Numbered from the whole stretch's first letter, positions 13,901 through 27,454 are shown. The stretch is 63,898 nucleotides of DNA, filler included, from Kipferlia bialata (GCA_003568945.1; 6 parts of 6 records of this genome joined end to end with filler, not necessarily neighbours in it); one strand, 5' to 3'. Notes: generated from the letters alone by a model not told the origin. Program-made: numbers and translations.

Positions 13901-16872
13901 CAGGGTCCACAGCGGCCTCAGCCACCAGCCTGGTCAGAAATACCCTGGGGTGAAGGGGAATGCACTACAGTAGTATACATGGAGTATGTACGCATACAAG
14001 TATATATATATATACATTACTGGCAGTGAGCACACATACCTCGGGTGGTCTAGGACGGGGGTGGCTCCAGCCATGGAGGGGGTGTTGCTGGGGGTTAGAC
14101 GTGCACATGTAATTGTATAGACTATCAGCTACATGGCTTCATACATACAGACAAGAACATCGACTTGAATACTGTGTCAGATAGCGTATAGTGACAATGG
14201 CTATCTGTCAATCTAAACAGCCATACACACATGCTGCATTGTCACCCTGAGTGCATTGATGTCAATGACTAAAAGTATGAGTGTGCATGGATAGATATAC
14301 ACTACCCATACCGTATGGTGACCCTGAGGGCATGCAGACACGCTCTAAGCACAGAGAGAAAGTGGCCGGCCATGGCTATAGAGCCTGGGGGTGAGAGGAA
14401 CGCAATACAGCTCACATGTGTATAATGTGCCCACACTTAGGAACGATGGGTCTCTTATGTTACTAAACCCTCAGCCATACACCTCACTCATGTATATGAA
14501 TGTAGTGGTGTAGTGTAATCCACACATACATGTATATATACATGTATGCGATGTACATACCTGGGAACGATGGGTCCCTCCCCCCCTGGCCCTCTGTCTG
14601 TCTGGCCGTGTTGAGCTGCTGGGCAGTGGGTACGTGCTGCACTAGCCTGAGGTTATAAGTAGAATAGAAATGACTATACAATATAGGTATGTATACACAG
14701 AGATGTAAAAGCTACTGGGAAGTGCTGACATGCTGCACAAGCCTGTGATTAGTACATTACGTATAAAACATGGTAGACACATGCAAACAAATACATATTC
14801 TGATAGATGTGTGAACAGTCTTTACTCAGTATACTATAAGCAATATAGACACACATCGAGTGATGCACTACCAGGTCTGCCAGCCTAGTAATGTACAAAC
14901 AGTACTAGAACACCACCATATATACTATAGTATTCATACACATATGGTACACACTATCCACACCTGGAGTGGTGCACCACCAGGTCTGCCAGCCTGGTGA
15001 TGTCCTCTGCATCCAGGGTCTCCTGGGTGGCCACATCGAAGGACAGGGAGGAGAGGGCACGGGCAACATCACCGCTGATATGAGATACAGAATCGATATC
15101 AACATATGGTAATTATAGTATGAACTAAATGGTTATATGCATGTATGTAGAGTATGGACAGGGAGGAGAGGGCAGGGGCTAGGTCACCGCTAAGGGGTGA
15201 GGTATATACGCAACTACTATACCATCAATGAATCTATCTAGATACATGCAAATGTCTTTAGATGCAATGTAATAATGCATATCATTTCGTGTTACCTTAA
15301 CCGATGCTTTTCCACGGCACTCTGCAGCTTCGCAAGGTCCTTACGGGCAGCAGCTAGGGTGGAACTGGGGTCAGAGTAGTCAAGAGGCATCACACACACT
15401 GTATGAATTGTGTGTGACAATGAGTCTCTTCGCACCGAGTGATGTGGTATGACATGGCGTCCAGGGCTGCCTGCTCCACATTGTGGGCCTCGTCAAACAC
15501 AACAACACAGTCAGACGAGAGGGAAGCATGGATGGATGCCTGGACCTGGGGGGTGAGGGGGAGAGAGATGGAGGAAGAGACACCCACCTTAGGGTCCACG
15601 ATGTATGCATACAAATGCTGTGGTGTACACACATACATGTTATAATGTATATACATGATACCCGATACCTTAGGGTCCAGGATGTATGAGTATGAGCACA
15701 CCACGACCGATGCCTCAGACACTGCACGTCGGGCATAGAAGTAGGGACACAGCACGGCATGGCCATCGACCTAGGAGTGAGAGGGATATCATATATATGA
15801 CTGAACACAGAGACAGAATCGTGGACAAAAGACGATATGGCTGTCGACCAGTAACTACACATATACACTATCTACCCACCTGTGCCATCATTCTGAGTCT
15901 GTCCAGGGTGTACAGACCAGGGGGGATCTTGGCAGCACTCCTGGGGAGGTACCTGGCTGGTTAGAACAGGGAAACACAGCAGCACAAAACATAAAGTGGT
16001 GTATTTGTGTGTATGTGTAGAAGTCCACATTTGTATGTAGATACATATCCCCACCTCTCAAAGTGGCTGCACAGACCCGAGTTGTCTATCAATAGTGCAG
16101 GAAAGCATATATAGTATATAGTATATATATGGTATGTATATGTATATACCTCTCAAAGTGGCTGCACAGTCCCGAGTTGTCTATGACTGTGTCCTCTATA
16201 TCGTCTATGCTCCTCTCCCTGTCTCTCTCTCCCCACTCGGCCAACACTCTGGCCCTCGACGCAGAGCACGTCCTGGGGTCAGAAGAAGCATGTATAGACA
16301 TAGGTATATATGGATTCCAAGTATACATATACGTAGTATACACGGGCACGGGACGCAGAGCACGTCCTGGGGGGAGGGGGATAGATACATGTACATCTAT
16401 CTAACCAGATATGTATTTCAAGTATAGTATATACACATCAACACAGGAGAGCAGAGCACGTCTTGGGGTTAGGATGGACAGATTCAGATTTATAGGAGAA
16501 AGATATGTTACAAGCAACTACTCAAAGTATATATCCTTAGCTGACAGCCATATTCCCTCTGCCCTATAATCCAGGCGATATTAATGTATAGTACATACTT
16601 CCACCTGATATATATACATAAATACTCTCTGTATATATCCACCCCCTGTACCTGAGGCAGAATGAGTAGGTATCAGTACCAGTATCACCTATACACAAGC
16701 ATATATGTACATATATACTCAATTACTAACATATGCCATCTACCCTGTAGGAGTCAGGGCTATATATACATGCATACTAACTCCTAATATATAAATATAC
16801 GCCCTGTATACAATTAACTGACATCTGTACCTGAGGTGGCAGAATGAGTCGCACTGGCCATGGACACCGGTG
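13869..16872 (-). CDS. ERCC2: XPD/Rad3 Fe-S DNA helicase (TFIIH subunit), internal fragment
   Basis: Spliced GVHGQCDSFCHLR...GLCSHFER|YLPRSAAKIPPGLYTLDRLR...LCPYFYARRAVSEASVVVCSYSYILDPK|...VVVFDEAHNVEQAALDAMS...FPGSIAMAGHFLSVLR matches recalled XPD motifs (PAGIYNLDDL, CPYF, YLLDPK, FDEAHN, VPGSIRTAEHFL). Both ends are missing. Confidence 0.9.
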
Positions 16873-16928
16873 CTGGGGTGGGTGGGGGGGGGGGGGGGGG
16901 GGGGGGGGGGGGTCAAAGAAAGGGGTTG

Positions 16929-17175
16929 NNNNNNNNNNNNNNNNNNNNNNNNNNNNNNNNNNNNNNNNNNNNNNNNNNNNNNNNNNNNNNNNNNNNNNNN
17001 NNNNNNNNNNNNNNNNNNNNNNNNNNNNNNNNNNNNNNNNNNNNNNNNNNNNNNNNNNNNNNNNNNNNNNNNNNNNNNNNNNNNNNNNNNNNNNNNNNNN
17101 NNNNNNNNNNNNNNNNNNNNNNNNNNNNNNNNNNNNNNNNNNNNNNNNNNNNNNNNNNNNNNNNNNNNNNNNNNN
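16929..17175. other. Intra-scaffold N gap (a second one at 32069-32192)
   Basis: Run of N without the spacer 12-mer. Confidence 0.95.
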
Positions 17176-17298
17176 ATGTGTGTGTGTTGGGGTTTCCCCC
17201 CCCCCCCCCCCCCTTCTTCTCTTCCTCTTTCTCCTCTCTTTGTTGTACTCCTGTCTGCGTCTCGCTTGTACCCAATCCATTTCTCACCCTCACTCCAG

Positions 17299-18447
17299 CA
17301 TGAGGAGAAGAATGGCAGGCACACTGTGATGTACAGAGCTGAGGTGAGTGGGTGTTCTATTGTAGAATATTTGTATGGTAGTCAATGATCCCTCCCCCCT
17401 CTCTCTACCTTTCACATTATCCACTAAATACAGCACATAGCATTCAATCCCTTCAAGTCACCTGTGTCACTGCTATTCTCTCTCTCCTTGTCCCCTCACC
17501 CTCCAGATCCGCATCACCCTCCCCAATGGGTGTAGCCATGTTGGCCTGGGGTGCTCTGGGGGAGAGAACATGCCATCACTGGCAGGGGCTATGGAGAAGG
17601 TACACTATATATATATATGAATATCTCCTATGTATGTCTCTCTCTCTCTCTATGTCTTAGGTGATAGATGTCTCAGAAACTATGGAGAAGGTTGAGGGCT
17701 ATCAGTCACTGTCTCTCTCTCTCCCTCTGTATATCTACTTATCATAGGCGATGAAGGGTGCCATCACTGATGGACGGAAACAGGCACTCAAGATGTTTGG
17801 AGACGGTCTAGGCAACTCAATCTCTGCCAAGGACACAGGTGGGTGTATACATGGATCAAGTGTGGAAGAAATTATGACCTTCTGTGTAGATGTCAAACTG
17901 AGAGACTGTGTACATCTCTGCGAAGATGTGTAAAAGTCTATGATTTGACTCTACTGATGCTCCTGATACTGACCTCCAGGCCAGATGATGAGGGAGGGTG
18001 TGAGCACTATCCAGCTGCCAGTGTATGAGGTAGGGTGGATAGTAGCGAGTATAGGTGTATGGCCCCGTCGAAATGGCCGAGTGTAATGATATATGTATTT
18101 ATTATATTGGCACCTCTCACTCACAGACTGAGTTCATTAAGAGACACCACCCTGAGAGGGAGAGAGAGAAAGAGACCCACTCCGAGGCACCCCCATCCAA
18201 GAGGGGTATGGGGCCTGTTGACCAGAGGCAGGGACAGGGGCAGGGGGCAGTGGTTAAGCAGGAGCCCCCCACCCCCCTGTATGGCCAGGGCCAGCAGCAG
18301 GGCCAGGCCCCCCCTCGACCCACTCCTTCTGGTGTGCATCCCCCCCACCCCAATCCCAACACAGGACACGGGGAGCACAGACCTCTGACACCCCAGGAGA
18401 TATTCAAGCAGCAGCAGGCTATGAAGATGCAGCAACAACAACAACAG

Positions 18448-18478
<31 letters not shown>

Positions 18479-18957
18479 CCTCCACAGTGTATGGCCAGAC
18501 ACGTCCACACCCCACCCAGGGCCACACCCAGCAGAGACCAGTGGTGCAGGGCAGTCAGTACCAGGGCAACCCCAACCCCAACCCCAACCCCGTCAACCTG
18601 CTGCAGACACAGGGGTCCAGTGGACCTAACCCAACCCATCAGGGCCAGTATGGCGGTGGTGCCCCCCCACACGGTGTGCAGCCCCCTCCCAACATGCCCA
18701 TGGCCCCCTCTATGCCACCCTCACAGGCCATGCAGGGGCAGGGTGTACCCCCTATACCCACCATGCAGACACAACAGGGACAACAACAACAGGGACAGGG
18801 GGGACAGCAAGGGGGTAGGTCTGACAGTCAGGGCAGGACAGGGGGACCATACTCTGGGGGAAACCCGGTAGGTACATCTGGTGGGAATACCCCCAATGCA
18901 GGAGGGGACAATGCTCCTAGGGCAGAGAATAAGTACACACCCTACACAGCTAGGTGA
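17299..18957 (+). CDS. RAD52: Rad52/Rad22-family ssDNA annealing protein with a Gln/Pro/Gly-rich C-terminal tail; 5' part missing
   Basis: Spliced HEEKNGRHTVMYRAE|IRITLPNGCSHVGLGCSGGENMPSLAGAMEK|AMKGAITDGRKQALKMFGDGLGNSI matches recalled Rad52 VRVQLKDGSYHEDVGYG...[24 protein letters not shown]. The last exon has a polyQ tract and ends YTAR* at 18957. Confidence 0.88.
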
Positions 18958-19681
18958 CACTCCAAGGCTCTAGTGTATAATAATAGACGTTCCCCTCCCA
19001 TTGTTTGTGGTTCGTACATAGACATGTGTGAATAGTATGAATACTATGATTGTTGGTTGATTTATGGTACAGTTGGAGTGTTACTCGATGTGTGGGTGTC
19101 TTGCGTGTCAGGATGCCCAGGGTAGTGGTTGCCAAAAGGGAAGCCTCAGAGTACTATGGTAGCCAATGCGTAGACAGTCATGGAGTCAGTGATCAGAATG
19201 GAGTGTCGTTGGGAGTCGTCAATGAGGTCAAAACCTGACTCAGGCTGGGACAAAATCAGAGTACACTGGTGTCTTGGAGTCCAAGACTTGGATCTAAGAA
19301 GCTGTTACTACCGAAGCCATCTTCGAAGCTGTGTCAGATTGGTAGTGGCGGATGCATACGTGGATCCTGGATGGCTAAAGAGTCCTTGGGGTCGCAAAGT
19401 TGGCGGGCTCCTCGACATCAACGACATCGTCACATGAGAGTAGCTGGTCTGTGTTGCCCTCACCGTAGAGGGTCAAGTAAAGTCCTGACATGGCACATTA
19501 TGGCAATGCCATCATAGCATACTATGTGGTGACTGGGTCATTGCAGGTGCGGCACTGCGGACTCCATCTAAACGAAGACAGTTCGTCACCATCATAATGA
19601 ATGGCCTATAGGAGCATGGTGCGACTGCTCTTGTCCAGGTCTGTGACACTACTCGATGCTGGGTTCCTATGGTCTCAGTGC

Positions 19682-20574
19682 TCAGTCCCCAAAGAGCTCG
19701 TCCATGCCTATGCTGTAGTCAGATTCTGACTCTAAGGTCTGCATCCCAAAGAGGCCCTCCATCCCATAGTCGTATGAGGAGTGGTCCGTGTCGCTGGGAC
19801 TGTCGCACATACCGTCGAATATGGGTATCACCTCGAGGTCGTCTGTCTCCTCGTAGTCAGAGGGGTTGGATACCTCGGTGTTCCAGTAAGGGGCGGTGTG
19901 GAAGACCATGTTGGTGTAGGGGATGACAGAGTTGCTGAGGTCGGAGTCGGTGCGGTTGGCACTGCGTCTGTAGGGGTCTACAGTGTGGTCAGAGGAAACA
20001 GTGTCACGGTCTGCAATGGTGTTCACACTGTAGGGAAGACGCAGCCTGGGGTGAGTGTGAGGGGTGACTACACACCACAACACTAACATTGACACAGTGT
20101 AACAGGTGTATGTGCCACTGTGTGTATACCTGGTTGACAGCAAGACTGCCGGGTCCTCAGGGATGATAGGGTCCCCAGACACCTCGGACAGATCGTTGCC
20201 AATCCTGAGGTCAGCACACCTATCCGGGGCATGTCAATGACAAGTATGTCTAGATAACATGACTTCCACACCTAAAGAGGTCAAAGTCTGAGGACTCTGA
20301 GTATACCGGGGTAGGGGGGTCAGGGAGGGGGTCTGCCTCTTCGCTAGACGAGTACTCAACCCCATTGAGAGAGCTTCCGAGAGCACCCACCTGGAGTGAG
20401 AACCCTACAATATAGCTCGTGTATGTAGTTATCAATGCATGCGCTGTGTACCTGGGACCAGTAATTGATGCCGAAGCATGGCAGCACGTCCTCGGACTCT
20501 GAGGGAGACCCAGGCTCCTCCCAGTCGCTCAGCTCACAGTCCCTGAACCAGAGAGCTAGGGCAGGGTCACGCAT
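19682..20574 (-). CDS. Acidic Asp/Ser/Glu-rich hypothetical protein, about 4 exons
   Basis: MRDPALALWFRDCELSDWEEP...|VGALGSSLNGVEYSSSEEADP...|...|LRLPYSVNT...MDELFGD*, joined by GT-AG introns. Confidence 0.55.
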
Positions 20575-20890
20575 GGGAGGATAGTTCTGACTGTTCTGGT
20601 AAGACAGGAGTCACAGAGTGTCACTCATTCGCAACCACACAAAAGAGTACTTTGTCACACACTTTGACAGTCACACAATTGAGGGTCACATTCATTCCAC
20701 ACAATTCAAAAATACTTGAACCCTTTTGCAATGACTTGTCACTCCTTATTGTGAGACCTGCTATAGATCTCCACAGAGAAGAGAACCCACCTCTAGGGTG
20801 ACGCGTCATATGTTAACTATTTAAACTTGACCTCATACGGAAATCTATTGCATTAAAAAACATGAAACACAGCATGTGAGTGTCATCCCC

Positions 20891-21625
20891 CTACACATGC
20901 CGTAACCCCCTTGCCTTGCCCCTCTGTGAGAGCATGTCACCCCTGGTGTCTCTATCAGGGGGTGCTGACACCCTACCGGTCTCTGCCTCAGACCGAGGGG
21001 ACTGGTAGGGGTCCAAGGGGGAGTCTAAGGTGGATCTGGCAATACCAGCCCCAACCTCAGGCTGCCTCAGTCTCTCTCTCCCTCCCTTGAACCGCACTCT
21101 CTTGGGTACTGTGTCAACCGGTCTCTGTACTGTTTGTGTGACAGTGGGTGTGACAGTGACAGTCATCTCAAGGTAGGAGGTCTCAGTCAGGCCGTTGTAC
21201 ATGGGGCCTGGGGTAAGGTTGACAAACCCACAACCTCACACTACACAAGCAGTGCACTCCCTACCTGGCGTCTGTGCGTGTTGCATGTGGACAATCTCAT
21301 AGGAGTCCCTACCACCCTGCCCCACCAGTCTACAGTGCCCTGCTGCCTCCAGCACACTCCCCCTCAGCAGCACCACCCCCACCCTCTGGGGCACTGTGTC
21401 ACAATCAAACTCAAGGGGGGCAGGGGGAATGGCGGAGATCTCCTGGAAGACTGGGGTGCTCTTGGTCTGTCCACCCACCTCCAGTCTACAGGTCAGAGGG
21501 GCATTCCTGGACTGAAGACGGGCAGGAAGGTGCACACCTGGGGGTTAGACACAGATATGAGGCAGACATATCAATATGTATTCATGTATCCCACCTGTAA
21601 CGCTGAGGTTGACTGTCCACCCCAT
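20891..21625 (-). CDS. Small protein with a probable C2-like beta-sandwich domain, 3 exons
   Basis: MGWTVNLSVT|GVHLPARLQSRNAPLTCRLEVGGQTKSTPVFQ...LEFDC...VGVVLL...AGHCRL...|GPMYNGLTETSYLEMTVTVTP. Phases are consistent; the C2 call rests on the strand pattern only. Confidence 0.5.
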
Positions 21626-21862
21626 GCACTGAGACAGGGCAGAGTGCAGGTGGATACAACACAAGATCTCTGGACAGCTGAGGTGTTGGAGGCATTGCAG
21701 GGCCGAGACACGGCGTACTAACGTAGGACTAAACGTGATACCTTTGTCTGATATCTCTGTCCTTATTTGAGGCCATCACCCACACATCGAAATACCACTG
21801 TAGACATCTACACTACCCAAGCAGCGACGTGGTATATATTGATAGTCAGAGACTGTATTGTA

Positions 21863-23348
21863 TCAGTCCTGCTCCGCCCAGGCCCCATCACTCCTCTGAC
21901 TCTGACTCTGACTGTTAGGAGTGTCATAGTCCTCTATGGGGTCAAAGTCTCCCTGTGGTGTGTACAGGCCCTGCCAACAGTCATCGGGACCGGCACTGGC
22001 GGCACTCGGCCCACTCACCCCCACCAATCCCTGGTTGATAAGTGGCACTGTCCTCTGCACCTCCCTGGGGGCACGGGTGGTACTGGGGGGGCACTCAGTG
22101 ATGGGGGTGATGTCCTGTATCCTAAGTCTACGCGGCATGTACCGTCTGCCAGGGGTGCGTCTAGGTGGAGGGGCCAGAGGGGCAGGGCCTGTATTGGTGG
22201 AGATGGAGGCTGGGGCAGGGCCCTGGCTGTATACATTGGCATGTACTAGGGGTGCAGTGCCCATCTGCGGGTAGGATTGTCCCGATTGGACAGGAGGTGC
22301 CACCTGCCCTTGGTAGTGGGGAGTAGTGGATGACTGGGTCGGTGCAGCACCAGGGGTGCTCTGAGGGTAGATAGAGCGAGCAGGCTGCGGCTGGTGGTAC
22401 AGGGACCCCGTACCCTGGCTGCTGGGGGGCACCGCTGCCCTACCATAGAGACCAGTCTGTGGCTGTTGATACGGCTGCTGATATGGATGTGTGGGATGCT
22501 GAGCTACCTGACTGCCCTGGGGTGTTGGGGCACCGGTCTGTCTGGAGTACATTGTCTGCCTGGCCTGTTGCACGGCCTGGGGGGGAAGGGAGGGCAGGGA
22601 GCTCGATGGCCTCTGGACATATGGGATATTAGACACACTTGGAGGGGCAGACTGCTGATACCCCCCACCCATGCTCTGCTGCATAGTATGAGGGGTCTGA
22701 CCCTGGGTGCCTACTGGGGGGTGCTGTTGGTATGGATTGGAAGACACAGACGAAGACTGGACAGTAGAAGAGGGGGTCGCCCGGCCATAGAGACCACGGT
22801 TGATGGTTGGTGGTGGCTGGTACTGTGAAGGCTGAGTCTGTGAGTAGCCAGACCCCCCATATGGATTAGGAGCCTGGCTCTGCTGGCTCTGTTGGTATAG
22901 CACAAACTGTCTCTGTTGGTAGCCAGAGGTAGAGGTGCCTTGTGGTTGACTGTACACTGACTGGGTGGGTGCCCCATACCCTATCCCCCCTTGCCCTTGG
23001 GGGTATGCCATGGGAGGGGCAGCATACTGCATGGCAGCACCCAGCTGGCCCTGCTCTACCCTAGGAGGATGGGTGGGCTTCTTACCACCAATCCCACCCT
23101 GAGGTGTGGGAGCCGTGTCCCCTAGCTTACATGTGACTGTGTCTGTCACACTGGCCAGTCTAAGGGGCTTGGACACCTGGGAGTACCCTCCCCCTGCACA
23201 CTGTACACAGGAGGGCATCGTCACACACAGGTGGCGCTGGTGGTTGTCTGGACCAGCCCTCCTGACCCTAGCATCGGGGTTGTGGCCCCTGATACTGTGC
23301 TGGGTGGCTGTGGGTGAGTGGGGGGGGAGAGAGAGAGAGAGGGAGAGA

Positions 23349-23389
<41 letters not shown>

Positions 23390-24821
23390 GATGTATAGTG
23401 GGCTGGCCACTGAATGCTCCACCCACCTGAATCCGCCTCCACTCTCTCACACTCTGGGGCCCTGGCACCGATGATACTCGCATAGGCACTGCCTGAGGTG
23501 GGGTGGAGAGGCAGAGAGAGACACTAAACACTCCAAGGTCATCCTCCCAACTCACCTGCTATTATCTGCTGTGTCTTGTCTGTCTGTGTGTAGCGTGCGA
23601 GGGAGAGAGAGTGCGACAGGCCCTCATAGGCCATAGAGAGTGGCCCTATGGACCCGTGGAACCCTATCAGGTTGGGGGTCAGGAACCCCAGCGCCTGCAT
23701 CTGTGACTCTACCACTGTGGCCCTGGTCAGTAGGTCGGGGATGACACGGGCTGTGGGGTCCTCATACTGATCGTCATCCTCGCTCTGGCCATGCATGTAG
23801 GGCAGGGGGGAGAGCGAGGAGTCGACATCCATGCAGGACTGACTGGCGGGTATGTCTAGATGAGTGCTAGGGGAGACAGCCTCAAAGGCAGAGTGCAGGA
23901 ACCCCACAGGCCCCCCTTCCATCGGAGCAGTGGGTGCATCACCTAGTAGGCGTCGGAAGGGGTCCACCAGCCCCTGCCTGGGTGCCATCTCCTTGTACTC
24001 ACTGCTGAAGAGTACCTTGGTGGCAAACCGAAGCAGGTTGGGGGTGCTGACCTGGGGGTTAGAAGATAGTGAATAGAGAGTAATATAGTATACACTCAGT
24101 GACTCTCAGCCCACACTTAAGTCATACGTGCATCCACCCACCTTCTTCATGAATGCAATAGCCTTCTCTGCCTTGGCCTCTGTGAGTCTGCCCCTAGCCA
24201 TGTCACAGAGCATGAGCACAGAGGGTACAGTGAGGAAGGTGGGGTCCTCTAACCCCCGCACCATCGCCTTGACCAGTGGCTGTGCTCTGACCAAGTCCAC
24301 TCTCCCTGCCTCACAGGCTGCAGTGACCCAGGCAGCCAGCATCTTCTGGGTGGGCTTGCCTATGGCCAGCTTGGTCACCCTGTACTCTGTCTCTATGTAT
24401 GGGAGCAGGTGCCGGTCAAGCTCAGTTCTCTCTCCCTGGGGGTGGGGGGGGGGGAGAGACAATCTAGATGTATGTATGCAAGTGAGTGTGTCTGTACCTG
24501 TGTGTCCACAACTATGGCTATGTGACACTTGTGCCGGGCAAAGCATGTGTCAAAGACTTGTTTGTATGTGGTCTGACAGTCCACGGGCAGTGGTGGGACA
24601 TAGTCTATGAGGAGCAGGGGACGGGTACCATCGAAGGAGGGGCCTGACTGGGCAGCATGGGCCACTCTGAGGGGTAAGACACAGCTTGTATAGGGAAGAG
24701 GAAGGAGTGGGGGGGGGGGGGGGGGGGGGGGGGGGTTACGTACACGAGAATATTAGGTCGAGAACCAGCACTAGTGACGTACATACAGCATGGTGTATAT
24801 GTCATCAGAAGAATTGGTCAT
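21863..24821 (-). CDS. RAD17: Divergent Rad17/Rad24-like clamp-loader subunit followed by a long Q/P/Y/G-rich tail; N-terminus uncertain
   Basis: Colinear weak matches to recalled Rad17 segments: LLLIDYVP (IILVEDLP), KCHIAIVVD (RCPLIFIISD), RHLLPYIETEYRVTKLAI (RLLFPKEIQEECSISNISF), LMLCDMARG (LELLCQGCSG), NLLRFATKVLF (FLFRALGKILY), FLHSAF (YLHQNY). Splices in phase into the large ORF ending at 21863. No Walker A found. Confidence 0.5.
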
Positions 24822-25489
24822 CAGAGAGAGAGAGAGAGAGAGAAGGATCTTTGAGGTGGGGATACCATCTGGTGCCACTTCACTCAATCTGGATACCAAA
24901 TTAGTACTGTCCCTCACCTTTGTTGTATCTCTATGCTGCTAGTCTCTCAGTGGGGCCTATTCCTTCTCCAGTAGTTGTAAAAGGGGATGAAGAGCATATG
25001 ATTGCGGCTCTAAGTGAGTCGGATTATCCGATTTCTCTCGAACGGAAAGTGGATTAATCTGTGTGTAGCGTGGCCAGAAGGCATCCAAACACATACAAAG
25101 TGCCACTGAAGTTGGAGCTTAGGCACTTAAGGACACGATGAGGGTGATTGCGCAGCAAAGTATATTTGTCATTTAGTGGTACTTACAACTGTCCTCTTAG
25201 ACCCTTTGTCCAAAAACACATCTTCACCAGTGGTAGAAATTCTCATAGTGTGTGAGTCACACTCTTCTATCAAGGAGGTTTTGCTCCATGCACGTACTCA
25301 AGCAATGCTAGAGTGTAGTTCACTCTCCACACGCCCTATCAATAGACAGAACACAACAACTTGAATAAATTTACTCTTACTTATCGTCCACTACATCAAT
25401 CTGCTCACACTCTTGATTCAGAGGGGGTCAGATAGTCAACTGAGGACCTAAAGAGACCTAAACGGGTCTTAAACACCTCCACCTCCTGC

Positions 25490-25702
25490 TTACTCCTGCT
25501 TGAGGAGGCCTGGGAGTGAGATGAAAAGACAAAATAGAAGAATTACTCAAACTATTTGAATAGTGGTCGGATGCAGTATATATAGAGAGAATGTGTGTGG
25601 TAGATTGCTCTACCTCTGATGGCCTTGGTGGCGTTGTAGATGTGTCCCCAGGAGGCAGCAATGGCCTTCTTGCCAAAGACAGTGGCCTGGTGTTAAGGGT
25701 GT

Positions 25703-25747
<45 letters not shown>

Positions 25748-26098
25748 GTATCTTGCCAAAGACAGTGGCCTGGAGGGAGAGAGAGAGAGACAAACCTGGA
25801 CCACTGGCTTGGAGAGGGTGTATAGGGTGTATATAACAAATGAGTCAATGTACAATATATTACAATGATACTATAGTATATATCCATACACACACACCTT
25901 GACGACCACTGGCTTGGACAGGGTGTAGAGGTCGTACAAAACAAGTGAGGACACGTCTAATACATACTATATGTATTCAGTATAGTACTCATATATAAAT
26001 CTATATATACCTTGACGACCACTGGCTTGGACAGGGTGTATAGGGTGCCGGTCACGTTGACGACGGGCTCGGGGACCATATCTGGGGTGAGGTACATT

Positions 26099-26134
<36 letters not shown>

Positions 26135-26392
26135 GTCACGTTGACAACGGGCTCGGGGACCATATCTGGTGGGTCAGATATATATAGAGAGAGACAATAA
26201 TGAATTTACATATACATGGAAAGATGGAGAATATATGGATGGATGTGTCGAGAGAGAGAGAGAGAGAGAGAGAGATAACGTACCGATGAAGAAGAAGTAT
26301 GTGACGGCAATGGCTCCGCAGAGGGCAATGACGATCCACAGGGAGGAGATAACCTGAGAGGGTAAGAGAGAGAGAGAAAGAGACAGAGAGAA

Positions 26393-26430
<38 letters not shown>

Positions 26431-26490
26431 CAATGACGATCCACAGGGAGGAGATAACCTGAGTGTAAGAAGGGGGGGGGGGGGGGGGAA

Positions 26491-26535
<45 letters not shown>

Positions 26536-26782
26536 GAAAGGACAGTATGACATGTGAATACCTAGGGGGTGGGACGTATGCCGCCACTGGTATCCTGAGG
26601 TGCCTGGCCAGCAGACGGTTGGAGTGGGCCTTGGGGTCAGATGAAACAGTGACTCGTATTAATACAAGCGACTGCACTCTCAGTACCTTGATGTCGCATG
26701 TGTTGCAGTAGAACCCCCCGCACTCAGTGCAGTACACGTCTGCATTACTCTTCTCACAGCACTCACAGGGCCTGTCCACAGG
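25490..26782 (-). CDS. B-box zinc-finger exons followed by transmembrane-segment exons (5'-truncated; possibly mis-joined at a poly-G run)
   Basis: CECCEKSNADVYCTECGGFYCNTCDIK|AHSNRLLARHLRIP is a B-box pattern. Downstream: VISSLWIVIALCGAIAVTYFFFI|DMVPEPVVNV...|ATVFGKK...|LLKQE*. Exon phases disagree across the poly-G at 26471-26534. Confidence 0.65.
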
Positions 26783-26912
26783 NNNNNNNNNNNNNNNNNN
26801 NNNNNNNNNNNNNNNNNNNNNNNNNNTTAATTAATTAANNNNNNNNNNNNNNNNNNNNNNNNNNNNNNNNNNNNNNNNNNNNCGCGCTCTCTGTCCACTA
26901 CCCCCCCCCCTC

Positions 26913-26966
<54 letters not shown>

Positions 26967-27198
26967 TCTCTCTGTCTGCAAGTGTAGCCCATGTTTCAAT
27001 GTGACTTGAATACTCCTATATATGTTTATTCACTGCACTCATCTCCTTGTGATACATTACACTTGTATGTGTTCATTATATAGTATATACTATCCCTTAC
27101 CTATGATTACGTATACTCCCGCAATTCCTATACACTATCACCTCCTTCTACGTGGATTTAGCATACTGAGTACACTCACCCCCATCACTCACTCCCAG

Positions 27199-27423
27199 GC
27201 CTCACTCTGTTCCTAGGGGGGTTCTTCAGCACAAGGTATGTATCTCCTTATGCCAGTATATACAGGAATAGTTATATATATATATAGATGCTTCAGCGGT
27301 ATGCATCTGTCCCTCTCTCTTTCCTTTTCCTTCTATATATGAATAGTTACATATAAATATATATATAATTCTCTCTCTTCAGCACAAGGTATGCATCGTT
27401 CAGTCCATTTCTTTCTCTCTTTC

Positions 27424-27454
<31 letters not shown>

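Noticed and set aside
16740..17388. ORFs spanning the N gap
   Set aside because: Open only because N translates as X.
18960..19680. GC-balanced, coding-looking stretch between RAD52 and the acidic gene
   Set aside because: Stops in the frames I read, no consistent splice model and no recognisable motif; neither a gene nor a pseudogene can be supported.
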